A stretch of 64,000 nucleotides of DNA, taken from an uncultured Clostridia bacterium (GTDB lineage: Bacteria; Bacillota; Clostridia; Christensenellales; DTU072). This document shows, in pieces, positions 37,588 to 45,944 of the stretch (position 1 is the stretch's first letter; each line of letters opens with the position of its first letter). The translations under genes and the position numbers were made by a program. The notes beneath the pieces are model-generated. The model searched no databases and was not told the origin of the DNA. It saw only the letters and a program-made list of their open reading frames with translations. The stretch lies in assembly GCA_944362765.1 (NCBI GenBank), contig CALVTP010000006.1, positions 3,508 through 67,507 on the forward strand. Reading direction: 5' to 3'.

Positions 37588-38889
37588 ATGGCGAAAAACA
37601 CCCCGAAGACCTTGACGGTAATATTGCTTTTGGCGTTGGCTGCGCTCTCCGTCGCCGCCGTTCTCATTCCCGAGGCGGAATACTCCGCAACGGGGGGAGA
37701 GCCCGGCGCGGAAACTCCTCCAGCCGAAGAAGTGCCGCCCGATACGGAAACTCCTCTTCCCGACGACGCCGGGGATGCCGGGGACGCCGCGCCGCCCGTT
37801 GAACCTTTCAGCCCCATTCCCCCCGAACCGAGCGCCGTTTACGCTTATACCCAGACCCTCTGGGCGGAAGGCGGGGTGGAATTGAACGCCGTGCACAATT
37901 CTTCCTCGGGATGCTACATGGTGGTGACGCACGCGGGAAAGGAGGGCGCCTTAAATACCGGCGGAGTGAGGACGGTAACGGTGCTTAAACTACTTCCGGA
38001 CGGTACGATTTCGGCACTTAAACACCTTGCCGGAGGTGAAAACTATTTCGATTCGTCGGTCACTTCGGAAGGGCTTGCGGTAGTTACCGGAGGAAGCGAC
38101 AAATGTTATATCGGCGTCCTCTCCGAAGAGCTGACGGACGAATTCGTCACCGAGATGCCTGTTGCGACCGGCGGGAAGTTGTTCTCGTTAAGCGAAGGCT
38201 TCCTGCTCTTTCTTACGGCGGGAGAGGGGACAAATGCATATAAATTGAGGGACGGAGTCATCGTCTCCTCCGCAAGCATAATGGGCGGTTCGGTAGCGGC
38301 AGTCTACGACTTTTACTCCTACTACCTTCTCACGGTCAAAGGTATTCAGGGTTACTCCGTCGTCAAATTGAGCCCCGAACTTTCCCCGGTCACCACCGTT
38401 ACCGTTCCCGAAAAGGAGCTGTTGAGTATCACCCCGCTCCCGAGTGAAGAAAAGCAGCTTTATCTCATCGTCGAGCGGGGCGCGCAGGGGGTGGAGATCT
38501 TAAAGACCGACCTCAAAGAGGAAATCGAGCGCGTCGGAGTGGGACTTGCGGAGAGGGCGGAAGCTTACATGAACGGCGAAAACATCATGCTTTTGTTGCA
38601 TTCCGAGAGCACCAGGCTTTATATGGTCGATTACCGGTTGAATTTCACTTCGTCTACGGCGCTGAAGGGGAAAGTGGAACGGATCTATGACTGCATAAGT
38701 TATGACGGGGGCTACAAGCTGCTGTATTCCGACGGCGAAGCGCTGACGCTTTTAAGGATAGACCGCGACGGGAAAACGGTTTCGGGAAACTTCGGCTCCT
38801 TCCCGGGGAATGCCGCGCTTATCGACTCTGACGGCAGCGAGACGGTGTTCTACACCGACGGAGAAAGTCTGAAAATCATCGGCGTTTAG
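37588..38889 (+). CDS. Membrane-anchored hypothetical protein with an acidic Pro-rich linker
   Basis: N-terminal TM/signal anchor (LTVILLLALAALSVAAVLI), then a P/E/D/A-rich stretch, then about 330 aa of beta-rich sequence I do not recognise. AAGGAG RBS. Confidence 0.65.
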   Translation: MAKNTPKTLTVILLLALAALSVAAVLIPEAEYSATGGEPGAETPPAEEVPPDTETPLPDDAGDAGDAAPPVEPFSPIPPEPSAVYAYTQTLWAEGGVELNAVHNSSSGCYMVVTHAGKEGALNTGGVRTVTVLKLLPDGTISALKHLAGGENYFDSSVTSEGLAVVTGGSDKCYIGVLSEELTDEFVTEMPVATGGKLFSLSEGFLLFLTAGEGTNAYKLRDGVIVSSASIMGGSVAAVYDFYSYYLLTVKGIQGYSVVKLSPELSPVTTVTVPEKELLSITPLPSEEKQLYLIVERGAQGVEILKTDLKEEIERVGVGLAERAEAYMNGENIMLLLHSESTRLYMVDYRLNFTSSTALKGKVERIYDCISYDGGYKLLYSDGEALTLLRIDRDGKTVSGNFGSFPGNAALIDSDGSETVFYTDGESLKIIGV

Positions 38890-38970
38890 CGCCTTCGGAA
38901 AGAGGGATTTGAAAGAGCCGTCGGCGGAAAAGATATATTTATATAAACCGAATCCGGAATCATAAGAAGG

Positions 38971-38996
38971 AAAGCGCCTCCCGACGGGGCGCTTTT
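38971..38996. terminator. Bidirectional terminator between the 433-aa gene and murG
   Basis: AAAGCGCC...GGCGCTTT hairpin flanked by A- and T-tracts, between convergent genes. Confidence 0.6.
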
Positions 38997-39024
38997 CGGT
39001 GCCGTCCGGGAAGGGACGTCGGAA

Positions 39025-40050
39025 TCAGTAATCGGAGTTCTGACGGATGACTTCCGCGATGACGCGGGCAACTTTTTCGGCGGCATGCTCGTTTGTCGGT
39101 TTCAGACAGGGGAGCGCCGCTTCCCGATCGACTTCCCTCAGAAGTTCGTTTATGCCGAGCCGTTCCTCCGGAATGACGCGGCAAAGTCCCTTTTTTTTGT
39201 AGTATTCGGCGTTTTCAACCTGGTCGCCTCGCGAAAATCTGCTTTTCGGGAGCGGTATGACGATCATGCGCTTGCCGAGCGAAGAAATTTCCGAGAGCGC
39301 CCCCGCTCCGCCCCTGGTGACAACGGTATGCGCCGCGGCATACAGGTCGGCGATATCGCTTGCGTACTCAATAGGTATATATCCCTTTGTCTGAGGCGCT
39401 TTGTCGCATTTACCGGTGATATGGACGACGGTTTGACGAACGGAGAGCGCCTTCACCGCAGAAAACACGCAGGAATTGATGGCTGCGGAGCCTTGAGAAC
39501 CTCCGAGGATCAACAAAATTTCGCCTTCGAAGCCGTATTTTTTACGGGCGCGCTCGGCAGAACCCGAAAAAATTTCTCTTCTTACCGGGTTTCCGACAAA
39601 AATACCGCCTTTGGTTTCGGGAAAGGAGGTCAGCGTCTTTTCGGCAAAGGAAGAAACCAGCCTGTTTCCGAGACCCATGCTTAAATCCGACTCGTGGCAG
39701 ACGACGGGGATTTTCAGCTTTCTTGCCGCAAGCGCCCACGGTACCGAGGCATAGCCACCTTTACAAAACAGAGCCGCCGTTCTATACTCTTTCAGCAGTT
39801 TCCCGGCTTCCTTTGCGCCTTGGCTTAGCAAGAACGGAATCTTCACGTTGGAAAACGGATTTCGGCGACTGAACTTCGCGTTTCGGACACCGAAAAACTG
39901 AATTTTGTAACTTTCGACGATACCTTTTTCCATACCCGAACCGCCGCCGAAGATGACGTTGAAGCCCATTTTTCTGAGCTCTTCGGCGACTGCTATCGCG
40001 GGCATAACGTGTCCCGCGGTGCCTCCTCCCGACAGTAAAACCGTGCGCAT
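39025..40050 (-). CDS. murG: UDP-GlcNAc:lipid I N-acetylglucosaminyltransferase MurG
   Basis: MRTVLLSGGGTAGHVMPAIAV N-terminus, 341 aa. Start at ATG 40050; the upstream 101 codons of the ORF-track frame are not MurG-like. Confidence 0.9.
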   Translation of the reverse strand: MRTVLLSGGGTAGHVMPAIAVAEELRKMGFNVIFGGGSGMEKGIVESYKIQFFGVRNAKFSRRNPFSNVKIPFLLSQGAKEAGKLLKEYRTAALFCKGGYASVPWALAARKLKIPVVCHESDLSMGLGNRLVSSFAEKTLTSFPETKGGIFVGNPVRREIFSGSAERARKKYGFEGEILLILGGSQGSAAINSCVFSAVKALSVRQTVVHITGKCDKAPQTKGYIPIEYASDIADLYAAAHTVVTRGGAGALSEISSLGKRMIVIPLPKSRFSRGDQVENAEYYKKKGLCRVIPEERLGINELLREVDREAALPCLKPTNEHAAEKVARVIAEVIRQNSDY

Positions 40051-40161
40051 AATAATCTCCCGCCAAAAATAATTTCTTTTCAATGGTTGAATTATATTCA
40101 AAATAGTGCTAATATATACTAACAAAGTCTTTGGCGCACACGCGCGAATACGGGAGGACAT

Positions 40162-41067
40162 ATGCAACACATTCAGTTGAAGACCTTTGACGACAAGTAC
40201 AACACCGTATCCGTATGGGACGAAGTCGAAAACGTTGTCGGAGCGGTGGTCATCGCCCACGGCATGGCGGAGCACGCAGACCGCTACGACGATTTTGCAA
40301 AGTGCCTGAACAAGGCGGGCTACGTGGTCTTGGCGGATAACCACAGGGGGCATAAATTCAACCCCGACGGCGAGCTCGGCAAAGTGGCTCCCGACTCTTT
40401 CGAAAATTCGGTAAAGGATATAAAGACGGTTGTCGACTACGCCAAGGAAAAATACGGCGTCGAAGTGCTGCTTTTAGGGCACTCCTACGGTTCCTTCCTT
40501 TCCCAGCGCTATCTTGAAGAATATGCCGGCACATTGAAGGGCTGCGTTCTTTCCGGCACGGCGTATATGCGCGGCGCGCTGGTAGGAATGGGCAAGGCGG
40601 TGGCAGCTTTGCAGCGCGCGTTGGTAGGCGGTGACAAGACGGGAAAACTCATTGACAAGCTGAGTTTCGGCGCCTACAACAAACCTTTCGAAGCGCAGGG
40701 ACAGCGCTTTGCGTGGCTTTCCCGCGATCGCGAAAAGGTGGCGGAGTACGAAGCCGACGAATATTGCGGCTATCCGTTAAGCATCGACTATTACTACTAC
40801 TTTTTCAGGAGCGTCCAGAAGATGTACGGCGACAGGGCTTCGGCAATTCCGAAGGAGCTGCCGATCCTGATAGCGGTGGGTTCAGACGACCCCGTTTCGA
40901 ACAAGGCGGTGCTTGCCGAAAAATTGTATAAATATTATCTCCAATACGGACTGAACGCCGAGTACAAGTGCTACCCCGGTGCCCGTCACGAGATTTTAAA
41001 CGAAACCAACAGGCATGAAGTTTACGCCGACATCCTGGCGTTTATCGACAAGGCGTTCAATCGCTGA
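40162..41067 (+). CDS. Alpha/beta hydrolase (lysophospholipase / monoacylglycerol lipase-like)
   Basis: HGMAEH oxyanion region, GHSYGS nucleophile elbow, C-terminal ARHE His. Confidence 0.8.
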   Translation: MQHIQLKTFDDKYNTVSVWDEVENVVGAVVIAHGMAEHADRYDDFAKCLNKAGYVVLADNHRGHKFNPDGELGKVAPDSFENSVKDIKTVVDYAKEKYGVEVLLLGHSYGSFLSQRYLEEYAGTLKGCVLSGTAYMRGALVGMGKAVAALQRALVGGDKTGKLIDKLSFGAYNKPFEAQGQRFAWLSRDREKVAEYEADEYCGYPLSIDYYYYFFRSVQKMYGDRASAIPKELPILIAVGSDDPVSNKAVLAEKLYKYYLQYGLNAEYKCYPGARHEILNETNRHEVYADILAFIDKAFNR

Positions 41068-41073
41068 AATCCG

Positions 41074-42861
41074 TTGAAAATGAGTAAATCCAAAAAAATT
41101 CTGCTGATTTTAATGACGTTGACGATTGCCGTTTCGCTGACGGCAGTGCTTCAGGCGTGCGACCCGGAGGAGCCGCCTCCTCAGCCTTATTCCGTCACGA
41201 TCAACAACGCCGAGGAGTTTAAGTCGATTGCCGATAAGCTCGGCGCAAACTCCGCCTACTGCACTTTCACCTTGAATAGCGATATCAACCTCGGAAGCGA
41301 CTTCACCACGCTTGGCGGAAGTGTCGATTCTTCGTTCAGGGGCGTTCTGGACGGCGGCGGTCACACTGTGACGTACACCTTAAAACCCGAGCCGGCGCCG
41401 TCCCGGCTCTCTGCCGACGGCGAAGAGGAGGAATATCTCCCAGCCGAAACGCGCTATTGGGGGCTGTTCGGCTACCTTTATAACGCCACCGTCAAAAACC
41501 TCGAGATCAAAATCGAAATAGAGGCGACGACGGACTCGGAAGTCACATATACCGGCGGACTTGCGGCGTTTGCGTACGGCTCCGTCAAGCTTGAAAATAT
41601 TTCCGTGAGCGGGGATATTACATTGTACGGCGGCAACCTCGCGCCGTATAACGCTGCGGGTGAAACCGTATCCGGCTATAAACTGACTTCATATGTCGGC
41701 GGCATGCTGGGATATGCCGAAGGCGATCTCCTTATGCAAGGCGTTTCCACCGACGTCGGAATAACTCTCCCGAGTCCGAATATTGCTTTTGTAGGCGAAA
41801 GGAACTGGTCGGATGACGTTTATGCGGGCGGAGTAGCGGGACTCATCCGCACCGAAAACAACACTTCCGAAGGGAAGAGCTTCGTCGCCGTTTCGGGCGT
41901 CACCTCGGAGGGCGATTTAGAAGTTTACGGGTCATCCGTCAAGGCGGGCGGCATTTTCGGCTTGGCGCAGCGCACGAATATCACCTCCTCCTCGTTTAGC
42001 GGTTCGGTAGACGCTCACGCAAACACCAAACTTTATGCGGGCGGAGTTGCGGGCGCTCTCGATATCGGAAAAATTTCGGAGTCAAAGGTCGGTACCAAGG
42101 ACCTGGCTGAAGATGTTGAAAAGGAACTTTCCTCAGAAGAAGGGGAGCATGCTCCGTCGACATCCATTGCGGCAAATATAGCATTGTCCGATTATGCAAA
42201 GTACTTCCTCGGTTCCGTCGGCGGAATAGTCGGCTTACTTTCCAATGCCTCTGTTGAAGGTTCCTCGGCATACGTCGCCCTGGAAATCGGCAGCGGACTG
42301 AACAATTACTCCGGCGGGATAGCGGGACAGGTATATTTTTCGGATGTAACGAACTGCGCCGCGGGCGGAAGCCATAAAAATTCAAAATATACAAACTTTA
42401 CCCGACCGGTCGGGAACACCGAAACCAACGAGGATTTCAACGCCCACCTCGAATACGCCGCTTCAGGCGGAATAGCGGGGAGAATTTACGGGCGTTCGAA
42501 GTTTGATAAAGTCGTTTCGGCGATGAAAGGCGTCTATCAGGGTATCGCCGGGGAAATCGTCGACGGCGTCGAAACCGTCATTTTGGAGAACGGTGAGTCG
42601 ATGGCAGATCGTTTCCCGGGGTATACCGAGGGGGATGACTATACGAAAATCGAGGACACGGAGGACGGTATAAAGTACTCCGTCACCCATAAACCCACCG
42701 AGGGCGAGGCGTACTACTCCTATTCGGTAGTCGAATCGGAAGACTTCCGCGAAGACAATTACTACGATTATTATGCCGTTTCCGGGAGCGAACACCCCGG
42801 CACGAAAGCGGAAGACATCCTTAATAAAATTAAAGCATTATTTAACCAAACAATTGAATAA
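41074..42861 (+). CDS. GLUG-motif repeat lipoprotein
   Basis: Signal peptide plus lipobox LQAC. At least 8 spaced repeats of the GLUG type (YTGGLAAFAYG, YVGGMLGYAEG, YAGGVAGLI, KAGGIFGLA, YAGGVAGAL, SVGGIVGLL, YSGGIAGQV, ASGGIAGRI). Confidence 0.75.
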   Translation: MKMSKSKKILLILMTLTIAVSLTAVLQACDPEEPPPQPYSVTINNAEEFKSIADKLGANSAYCTFTLNSDINLGSDFTTLGGSVDSSFRGVLDGGGHTVTYTLKPEPAPSRLSADGEEEEYLPAETRYWGLFGYLYNATVKNLEIKIEIEATTDSEVTYTGGLAAFAYGSVKLENISVSGDITLYGGNLAPYNAAGETVSGYKLTSYVGGMLGYAEGDLLMQGVSTDVGITLPSPNIAFVGERNWSDDVYAGGVAGLIRTENNTSEGKSFVAVSGVTSEGDLEVYGSSVKAGGIFGLAQRTNITSSSFSGSVDAHANTKLYAGGVAGALDIGKISESKVGTKDLAEDVEKELSSEEGEHAPSTSIAANIALSDYAKYFLGSVGGIVGLLSNASVEGSSAYVALEIGSGLNNYSGGIAGQVYFSDVTNCAAGGSHKNSKYTNFTRPVGNTETNEDFNAHLEYAASGGIAGRIYGRSKFDKVVSAMKGVYQGIAGEIVDGVETVILENGESMADRFPGYTEGDDYTKIEDTEDGIKYSVTHKPTEGEAYYSYSVVESEDFREDNYYDYYAVSGSEHPGTKAEDILNKIKALFNQTIE

Positions 42862-42878
42862 ACAGAGGTACTTAAATC

Positions 42879-44810
42879 ATGATAATCACTTTAAGAGGCG
42901 ACAAAAAAGAGTTTCCCGACGGTATCACTCCCGCCGAGATCGCGCGTTCTATATCGGACTCGCTGTTTCGTGCTGCTTTGGTAGCCAAAGTTAACGGTAA
43001 GGTTACCGAAACTTCGACTCCGATACATGAAGACGCCGAAGTGGAGCTCCTCGGATTCGATACCGAGGAGGGGCGGCGCGCATACCGTCACAGCACGGCG
43101 CACGTCCTTGCCCAGGCGGTAAAACGCATCTATCCGACGGCGAGAGTGGCGATAGGACCTGCCATCGAAAACGGCTTTTATTATGACTTCGATTTTGTAA
43201 CTCCTATCAATATGGACTCCCTTCCCGCAATAGAAGCGGAGATGAAAAAGATAATAAAGGAAAACATCCCGATCGTGCGCGAAGAAGTCAGCCGTAAGGA
43301 GGCGCTTTCGTTTTTCGGCGAGCAGGACGAAAGTTACAAAGTCGAGCTGATAAACGACCTTCCCGACGACGCAGTCATCAGCATGTACCGGCAGGGCGAT
43401 TTCGTCGACCTTTGCGCGGGACCGCACATTCCGTCGACGGGCTATATAAAAGCCTTCAAACTTACCTCGATAGCGGGCGCATATTGGCGCGGAGACGAGC
43501 ACAACAAGGTTCTGACGAGAATCTACGGCACTTCCTTCAACAAAAAAGCCGATCTGGAAGAGCACCTGAAAGCTTTGGAGGAAGCAAAACTCCGCGACCA
43601 CAACAAGCTGGGACGCGAGATGGGCATATTCATGACCGACGAAAACATCGGGCAGGGCTTGCCGCTGCTGATGCCGAAGGGCGCCAAGCTTTTCAGAATC
43701 CTGACGCGCTTTGTGGAGGACGAGGAGGAGCGCCGCGGTTATGTGTGCACCAAGACGCCGTACATGGCAAAATCGGCTTTGTATAAGATATCCGGGCATT
43801 GGGATCATTATCGCGACGGCATGTTCGTAATCGAAAACGAGAACGAAAACGAAGTTATGGCGCTGCGTCCGATGACCTGCCCCTTCCAATATACCATTTA
43901 CAACAACGGAATGAAGTCGTACAGGGATCTTCCCATCCGTTACGGCGAGACCTCGACTCTGTTCAGAAACGAGGCGTCCGGCGAGATGCACGGACTCATC
44001 AGGGTGAGGCAGTTCACCATTTCCGAAGGGCATATCATCTGTATGCCGTCTCAGTTGGAGCAGGAGTTCAAAGGGGCGCTGGAGCTGGCAAGGTATATGT
44101 TAAGAGCCGTCGGCATCGAAGGCGACGTCACTTACCGCTTCTCCAAATGGGATCCGAAGGACACCGATAAGTACATAAATGATCCCGAAAAGTGGTCGAA
44201 AGCCGAAGCCGAAATGGAAAAGATACTGAACCACCTCGGTGTCAAATACAGCGTGGGGATAGGCGAAGCGGCGTTCTACGGACCCAAACTCGACATTCAG
44301 ATAAAAAACGTCTACGGAAAGGAAGATACGCTTATCACCCTCCAGGTTGACATGTTCCTTGCCGAAAACTTCGACATGACCTATGTCGACGAAAACGGCA
44401 TCAAGCAGCGTCCGTACATCATTCACCGCACTTCGATAGGCTGCTATGAAAGGACGATAGCGCTGATTATCGAAAAGTTCAAAGGCGCTTTCCCCGTGTG
44501 GATGGCTCCCGAACAGGTGAGAGTGATGTCGCTGACCGAGCGCACCGCCGATTACGTAAACGAGCTCGTTCAACGGCTCAGAAAGAAAGGTATCCGCGCC
44601 GAAGCCGACGTCAGAAACGAAAAAATCGGATATAAAATACGTCTGGGGCAGCTCGACAAGATCCCGTACATGCTGATAATCGGCGACAAGGAGGCGGAGT
44701 CGGGAATGCTTTCGGTGCGCGGAAGAAAGGCGGGCGACCTGGGTCAGATGAGCGAAGAGGATTTCGTCGGAAAGGTGCGGGAGGAAGTCGAAAATCTCGT
44801 GCTCGACTAG
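42879..44810 (+). CDS. thrS: Threonine-tRNA ligase
   Basis: 643 aa with an N-terminal TGS domain, editing-domain HxxxH (HSTAHVL) and class II core motifs. Confidence 0.95.
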   Translation: MIITLRGDKKEFPDGITPAEIARSISDSLFRAALVAKVNGKVTETSTPIHEDAEVELLGFDTEEGRRAYRHSTAHVLAQAVKRIYPTARVAIGPAIENGFYYDFDFVTPINMDSLPAIEAEMKKIIKENIPIVREEVSRKEALSFFGEQDESYKVELINDLPDDAVISMYRQGDFVDLCAGPHIPSTGYIKAFKLTSIAGAYWRGDEHNKVLTRIYGTSFNKKADLEEHLKALEEAKLRDHNKLGREMGIFMTDENIGQGLPLLMPKGAKLFRILTRFVEDEEERRGYVCTKTPYMAKSALYKISGHWDHYRDGMFVIENENENEVMALRPMTCPFQYTIYNNGMKSYRDLPIRYGETSTLFRNEASGEMHGLIRVRQFTISEGHIICMPSQLEQEFKGALELARYMLRAVGIEGDVTYRFSKWDPKDTDKYINDPEKWSKAEAEMEKILNHLGVKYSVGIGEAAFYGPKLDIQIKNVYGKEDTLITLQVDMFLAENFDMTYVDENGIKQRPYIIHRTSIGCYERTIALIIEKFKGAFPVWMAPEQVRVMSLTERTADYVNELVQRLRKKGIRAEADVRNEKIGYKIRLGQLDKIPYMLIIGDKEAESGMLSVRGRKAGDLGQMSEEDFVGKVREEVENLVLD

Positions 44811-44833
44811 CGGATAAAAGCAGTAAGACACCG

Positions 44834-44866
44834 AAAAAAAGTATGCTTTCGCGGCATACTTTTTTT
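44834..44866 (+). terminator. Intrinsic terminator after thrS
   Basis: A7-GTATGC-TTTCGCG-GCATAC-T7. Confidence 0.85.
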
Positions 44867-44914
44867 AATTTTACAAGCAGAAATTTCCGACCGCGGCACC
44901 CCGGGCAGGAACGG

Positions 44915-44944
44915 TTGACTTTATGCGCGCGCGTGTGTTAAAAT
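44915..44944 (+). promoter_or_regulatory. Promoter of dgt-pcrA-ligA, positioned for a leaderless transcript
   Basis: TTGACT (44915-44920)-18 nt-extended -10 TGtTAAAAT (44936-44944). Only 7 nt separate the -10 from ATG 44952, and there is no SD. Confidence 0.5.
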
Positions 44945-44951
44945 TTTACCG

Positions 44952-45944
44952 ATGAAAGAAGAATATTTACGCTTCGAAGCCGAATATTTGTCCGAATTTG
45001 CCGTAAAGTCGGGGGACACCAAGGGGCGCATGAAGGAAGAGACTCCTTGTCCGATGCGCACCGAGTTCCGCCGCGACCGCGACAGAATAATCCACTCCAA
45101 GGCGTTCAGGCGCTTAAAGCATAAAACGCAGGTCTTCATTGCGCCGCAGGGCGACCATTACAGGACGCGGATGACGCATACGATAGAGGTCATGCAGATC
45201 GCCGGAACGATAGCGAGGTGCCTGAAACTCAACGAAGACCTGACAGAGGCGATAGCCTGGGGGCACGACCTCGGGCATACTCCGTTCGGGCACATAGGCG
45301 AAAGAGTGCTGTCCTCTCTTTCGGGAGGCTTCGAACACAACGAACAGAGCGTAAGGGTGGTGAACGTTCTGGAAAACGACGGAGCGGGGCTCAACCTTAC
45401 CTATGAAGTCATCGACGGCATAAAAGAGCATCGCGGCTCCGGAAAACCGGCCACTTTGGAAGGGAAAGTCATTCAATTTGCCGACAGAATAGCCTACCTC
45501 AACCACGATATCGACGACGCCGTGCGCGCAGGTATCCTCGGCGAGGAGGCGCTCCCCGACGCCGCAGTAGCGGTGCTGGGCTCCGGGAAAAGGGCGCGCA
45601 TAAACAATATGGTATGGGATATAGTGCAGCTTTCCTATGGCAAAAACTTTGTGGGGCAGTCTGCGCGTTTCGAGGAGGCGACGGCGATTTTAAGAAAGTT
45701 CATGTTCGAAAACGTCTACCTTGCCGAGCACGCCATCCGCGAAGAGGCGCGCGCCAAAGAATGGCTGACGGCACTTTACGACTATTATAAAACTCATCCC
45801 GAAACCATACCCGAACTCTATTTAAGGTTGTCCGATTCGTCGGAGCAGGCAATAACCGACTACATGGCTTCGATGACCGACACTTACGCAATAGATGAAA
45901 TGAAAAAACGCCTCGGATACGATTGGTATAGTGAAGTAAAATGA
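44952..45944 (+). CDS. dGTP triphosphohydrolase-like HD-domain protein
   Basis: RTEFRRDRDRIIHSKAFRRL, RMTHTIEV and HDLGHTPFGH blocks of the Dgt family. Confidence 0.88.
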   Translation: MKEEYLRFEAEYLSEFAVKSGDTKGRMKEETPCPMRTEFRRDRDRIIHSKAFRRLKHKTQVFIAPQGDHYRTRMTHTIEVMQIAGTIARCLKLNEDLTEAIAWGHDLGHTPFGHIGERVLSSLSGGFEHNEQSVRVVNVLENDGAGLNLTYEVIDGIKEHRGSGKPATLEGKVIQFADRIAYLNHDIDDAVRAGILGEEALPDAAVAVLGSGKRARINNMVWDIVQLSYGKNFVGQSARFEEATAILRKFMFENVYLAEHAIREEARAKEWLTALYDYYKTHPETIPELYLRLSDSSEQAITDYMASMTDTYAIDEMKKRLGYDWYSEVK

